DNA of 64,000 bases from Eledone cirrhosa (lineage: Eukaryota), in assembly GCA_964016885.1 (NCBI GenBank), contig OZ024757.1:36890001-36954000 (forward strand). Reading direction: 5' to 3'. Positions 58,607-64,000 of the stretch are shown piece by piece; within the stretch, counting starts at the first letter, position 1, and each line of letters opens with the position of its first letter. The notes beneath the pieces are model-generated. The model saw only the letters and a program-made list of their open reading frames with translations, was not told where the DNA came from and did not search any database. The translations under genes and the position numbers were made by a program.

Positions 58607-59643
58607 TTCTAAATGATCTCCTGTGACTGTTTCATAATGACCTAGATGTGTTAATTAAGAATATAATATTCATCAGATATGTCGGCAGAGATTAAAAGCT
58701 CAACTATAGACTGCAGAAAAATAAAAGTAATCTAGTTCCAAAGTATTCATCGACAATGACAAATACTAACAAAACTGGTATAGAAATAATAAACTTACAT
58801 ACCATAGCTTTTCTTATTAGATTCAATGACTAATACTTACATAGGTCATCGTCGTTTAACTCTTTAGCATTTAAATCGGTCATATCTGGCCAGAATTCTC
58901 TCACCTCTTTCTGTTCAAACTGGCTGTAACCGGCTGCTCATACTGATGTTAAGGTATTGTTCTCAAAATAAATAATATCAAAATCTCATAGATTCAATGT
59001 TATGTGAGATAATTATGTGAGATAGGGCCTCTACTGTGAAAATATAATAGTATATATAGAGTAATGTATTGGTTAGAGGCAGACTGGCCAGGTTGCCCTA
59101 TGGCAAGTGGGCCCCCAGGGGGCCTACGGTAGTATTACAGGAGCTCACCGTAGTATTTCAGGGACCCGCTGTAGTACTTCAGATCCAATGCTTTACGTTA
59201 AAAAATAGTTGTAATTCCAAAGGCCTGCCCTTGTCACTCTGAATCACCTTGAGAACTATGTTATGGGTACACGTGTCTGTGGAAGAATGCTCAGGCACTT
59301 ACACATTAATTTCACAAGCAGGCTGTTTCATTCCGAGAATCAACTGGCACATGTCTTCAGAACATATGGAGATTCAACACGCACATGTATACATAGGGCT
59401 TCCACACAGTCTCTGTCTACCAGATGTGATTGACAAGGCATTTGTTAACCCAAGGTTACACTAGAAGACACACTTGCTCAAGCTGTCACAGAGTGGGACT
59501 TAACCTAATACCAACTAGTTGTGAAACAAACTCCTTAACCACACAGGCATGCCTACGCCTAGTAGAAAAGATATGTGTGTGTATATATATGTGTGTGTAA
59601 ATGTATGTGTGTATATATGTGTGTGGGTGTGTGTATATATATA

Positions 59644-59700
<57 letters not shown>

Positions 59701-60534
59701 TCATTTCCTGTTGAAACACAATTTCTACTGATTAAACACAACCACAAGATCAATAATGATGATTGAACTATAGCTACTACTCTTACAATTATTGGTAGTG
59801 CCACCTCCACCACCACCACCACCACAGATACCTTCACCACCACCACCACCACAGACACCTTCACCACCACCACAGACACCTTCACCACCACCACGGACAC
59901 CTTCACCATCACCACTAGCACTAGACACCACCGCCCCTACTAACACCACACCACCACCACCTCCACTACCAACACCACTCCACCACCTTCACTACCAACA
60001 CCACACCACCACCACTACCTTCACTACCAACACCACCACTACCAACACCACACCACACCACCACCACCTCCACTACCAACACCACCACTACCACCACCAC
60101 CACTACCAACACCACACCACCACCACCACCACCACTACCAACACCACACCACCACCATCAACTTCACTACCAACACCACCACTACCAACACCACACCACA
60201 CCACCACCACCTCCACTACCAACACCACCACTACCACCACCACACCACCACCACCACCTTCACTACCACCACCACCTTCACTACCAACACCACACCACCA
60301 CCACCACCTTCACTACCAACACCACACCACCACCATCAACTTCACTACAAAAAGATGTGACGATTCTGTTATTGCTGTTGCTTTTGCAGCTGTTGTTATT
60401 GATGTTGTTGCTATTTGGTGATGGTGGCATTGTTGTTGGTGTTGATGTTGGTAGTGGTGATGTCGTTGTTGTTGTAGCTGTTGATGTTGTTGGTGGTGTT
60501 GTTGTTGTTATTTGATGTTGTGTTTGTTATTGTT

Positions 60535-60750
60535 ACTGGATTGGCAGTATCGGTAGAGAGTTGGACGCCATGCTTTGCAGCATAGAGTTATGGCCCTTTA
60601 TAATCTGAGTTCAAATCCTGCCGAGGTTAACTTTACCTTTCATCCTTATGGTGTTGATAAAATAAAGTACCAGTAATGCACTGGGGTTGATTTAATCGAC
60701 TTTTCTCTCCTCCAAATTTGCTGGCCTTGTGCCTATATAAGAAACCATTG
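60535..60750 (+). mobile_element. Second SINE family (core cctttcatcctt..ggtcgataaaataaagtaccag, Nin-domain-like); about a dozen copies, e.g. 16165-16305, 22640-23055, 23456-23635, 36020-36180, 38750-38870, 57100-57530, 57895-58070
   Basis: Recurrent dispersed sequence with a B-box-like gagttcaaatcc and a conserved core, in both orientations. Confidence 0.8.
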
Positions 60751-61067
60751 TTACTAGTTTCTGATCTTATTGTTGTTGCTTGTGACTTATGTTGCTATTG
60801 CGCTTGCTTTTGATGTTGTTACTGTTGTTGTAATTTCATCAGAGAAATTAGACTAATATTGATTATAAAAATAATGAGATGTGAGGTGTGCTGGGGGTGA
60901 AGTAAAGAATATATATGAGTGTGTGTGTGTGTGAGTGTGTGTATATATACACACACACACACACATATGTATATATATCTAGAGAGAGAGAGAAAGAGAG
61001 AGTTGTATGTATATGTACATTTATATGTGTGGTGTATATTGTACTTCATATGTGTATACAATTGTTT

Positions 61068-61109
<42 letters not shown>

Positions 61110-61252
61110 TCATGATGAGCTAAATGTTATCTACCTAGTTGCCATGGTGATGATACATGAGATTAAATTAAAAGCATGTATCAATAGATTAGCTCAGTGC
61201 TTTTATCTTCTTTTTCAATGGTTTCTGCTTTTTTCTTAGAATGAGAAGTATT

Positions 61253-61288
<36 letters not shown>

Positions 61289-62270
61289 AGTTGTGTCCTT
61301 GAGCAAGACACTTTATTTCATGTTGCACCAGTTTACTCAGTTGTGACGTCACTGGTGCCAAGCTGTATCAGCCATTGTCTTTCTCTTGGACAACATCATA
61401 TATAGTGTATATCATCATCATCATCATCTTCATTTAACACCCATTTTCCACGTTAGCATGGGTTAGATATCAAATATATATAATATAATATATATATGTT
61501 GTCACGTCACTGGTGCCAAGCTGTATCAGCCATTGCCTTTCTCTTGGACAACATCAGTGGTATAGAGAGGGGAGACTGGTATGTATGGGAGACTGCTGGT
61601 CTTCTACAAACAACTTTGCCTCGGAGGAGAGCTTTCTAGGTGCAAGTACTATATATATATATATATCTACCTACCGAGAGCAGGTAAAATTCCCAAGATA
61701 AAAATATATGCCCCCACCCCCTCCCACTGTAAAGTGGTCATGGAGGTGCCACGGCAAAAAAGCACCCAGCACTCACTGTAAATGAGGTTGTGGTTAGGAA
61801 GGGCATCCAGCTGTAGAAATCAAGAAGAATAATTTCCTGTATGAGCAAGACAAGGTCAGCCGACTGGACACTGCCCACAACAGGACAACCCGTCTAACCC
61901 ATGCTAGCGTGGAAGAACGGACATAAAACGCTGATGATGATGATATAATTATTTTGTCTGATAACTGAGCTAGATGTTTCTGTAAGAATCATCTAGTAAT
62001 TAAATAGCTCTGTACAATACATAGAACACTCCATCCTTCCTTCACCTTTTCTATAGAAATACTTAACACACACACACATATATATATGTATGTATACATG
62101 TCCTATTGTGAGATAAGTCAAATCAAGTGACTGTGTTTTGCTTATACAGAACTGTTCCTGGCTTGGTGTCTATGGCTGGATGCCCTTCCACATACTCCAA
62201 CCACATTTACAGAGTGGACTGGGTGCTCTTTATCATTGCACCAAAATGTCAATCTGACATGTTGGACTTT

Positions 62271-62307
<37 letters not shown>

Positions 62308-62886
62308 TATTGGTGTTGGTATCCACCTGTAATTAATTGCAATTAGATTAAGAATGTCTTGTCTATGTGTCCTCACTCTAGGGAGGATGTGGTTTTCTCA
62401 AGTAACTAGAGATGGACTGACCCTCTGAAGTTACTAAACAAACAGTATAAGTATTTACGTCACAGCTTTATCTCACCCGAAAAATCCTTATTCCTGTGTC
62501 TCACCTGACTATTTGATACCACCAGTAAATGAGTCTCTGCGTAGTTGTTTGACATGGATAGTTATTGTGGTGGTGGTGGTGGTGATTGTAACTGTAGATA
62601 AGCTATTGATGAATTCATTACAATATGACATTCACAATAACTCGTAACATCCTGTATCAGATGGAACTACATGAGCAAGATGTTCATGAAAAAGTCCAAA
62701 ACACATTAACTCTTAAAGATTTTACTCAAATACAGCAAATTTTCACAATGATCTCTCCACTAATAAAGAAACTGTAAAGATTTGAATAAAGAAACCTGTT
62801 TTTTTTAAATATATTTTCTGATAAATCATTACATGATGTTAAGAATTAAAAAATAAAATTTTTACTCAAATACTGTAAATTTTCAC

Positions 62887-63722
62887 AATAATAATAATAA
62901 TAATGAAATTATTGTGTAAAGTGCTCAGGTGCACTACAACTCGTCAATATAGTACATAGAATAATACACAAATGTCAGGGAAGTACATGTGTGTATGTGT
63001 TAGCTGTAGTGTTGGCGGATCTCGGGAAGCATGGAGGCCTTAAAGGATGCAGTGTCTCGACAGCTAACAACTGATGCAGGTAGTTTGTTCCATGCTTCAG
63101 CAACCCTGAGCGTGAAAAAATGTTTCCGAAAGTCATGGGAACTGTGCTGTTTTCTTACTTTGTGGGCATGTCCACGTGTGTTAGACACATGGAAATGGAA
63201 AAGGCACTCAGGGTTGTTGTTGGCAACATGGTTAACAATTTTGTGGGTGTTTACCAAATCAGTTGCCAGGTGTCGGAGCTTCAATGAATCCATGCCCAGG
63301 GAAGCAAGGCGCTCAGAGTATAGTAGATGCCTGATGGAGGGTATTCGCTTGGTTGCACGTCTCTGAACAGTTTCCAGGCGGTCAATGTCCTGAGCAAGAT
63401 AGGGGTTCCAGACTGGTGATGCAAATTCTAAGTGTGGTCGCACCATAGCTGTATACAGCCTTAAATAGATATCTGGAGAGCGGCTGACAACGGTCTTGCT
63501 GAGTGATGCTAAGACACTCTCGGCCCTCTTGACAATTTTAGAGACGTGCCTCGTCCAACGCAAATCGCTGCTGACCGTAATGCCCAGGTCACGTTCACAA
63601 GAAGACTTCTTGATATTAGTGCTGTGGAGGGAGTATGTGGACGCTGGGTTTTTACTCCCAAAATGCATGGTGGTGCACTTGTCCACAGCTAGCTTGAGTT
63701 GCCAGTCTGAGATCCACTGTTG
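62887..63722 (-). mobile_element. 5'-truncated CR1/L2-group LINE (RT C-terminal region, 3' UTR, (ATT)n tail)
   Basis: WISDWQLKLAVDKC..MHFG..ERDLGITVSSDLRW..H...LYTAMVRPHLEFASPVWNP...LETVQRRATK...FFTLRVAEAWNKLP, with an (AAT)n tail on plus at 62887-62904. Confidence 0.9.
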
Positions 63723-64000
63723 CTAGGTCCACTTCTTGTCGTGTCCACAAGAGTGTCAGCTACAAAGCTTGGCTAGATGTGGTTCCGTCACAGCTGAACA
63801 CATTGTTGTCCTTTCTCATTAAACTCTGCCAAGTCCAACACTGTGCAAGGGGCATATCAGAAGGTGCTGTGTAATCTGTGGTTCGATATGCCGCAGTCAC
63901 ACACAACGTCGCCATCATTAAACCCATTAGCATTTAAACTGACCATAAACGGCCAGAACTCTCTCACCTCTTTCTGTTCAAACTGGCTGTAACTGGCCAC

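Noticed and set aside
58620-58680. CUGAUGA...GAAACAGUC on the minus strand
   Set aside because: Stems I and II do not pair convincingly; at best a highly decayed motif.
56319-64000. Search for the second myosin VI coding exon (expected ..PAEE..KDV.DNC)
   Set aside because: No matching frame was seen; it probably lies beyond the window.

Overview
Eukaryotic, AT-rich, repeat-dominated DNA. The dense (TA)n/(CA)n microsatellites, tRNA-headed SINEs and RTE/CR1 LINE fragments suggest a cephalopod mollusc such as Octopus; this is an inference from composition. Almost all ORFs in the track are translations of microsatellites. One coding exon is clearly recognisable: the first coding exon of myosin VI (56202-56318, +). 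There are candidate exons of an unidentified minus-strand gene (best: 10290-10425) and a possible head-to-head promoter near 17.7-18.2 kb. Mobile DNA includes an internally deleted Tc1 element, CR1 and RTE LINE 3' fragments, several SINE families, piggyBac-, hAT- and mariner-like MITEs, and many minisatellites. The most interesting signal is a set of short non-coding elements in (TA)n tracts. They carry minimal type-I hammerhead ribozyme motifs (CUGANGA...GAAA...NUH with pairing stems), often with an inverted duplication. I found about six near-complete motifs and several decayed ones, in at least four sequence families, which matches the architecture of Penelope-like element termini. All folding and alignment was done by eye, and repeat boundaries are approximate.
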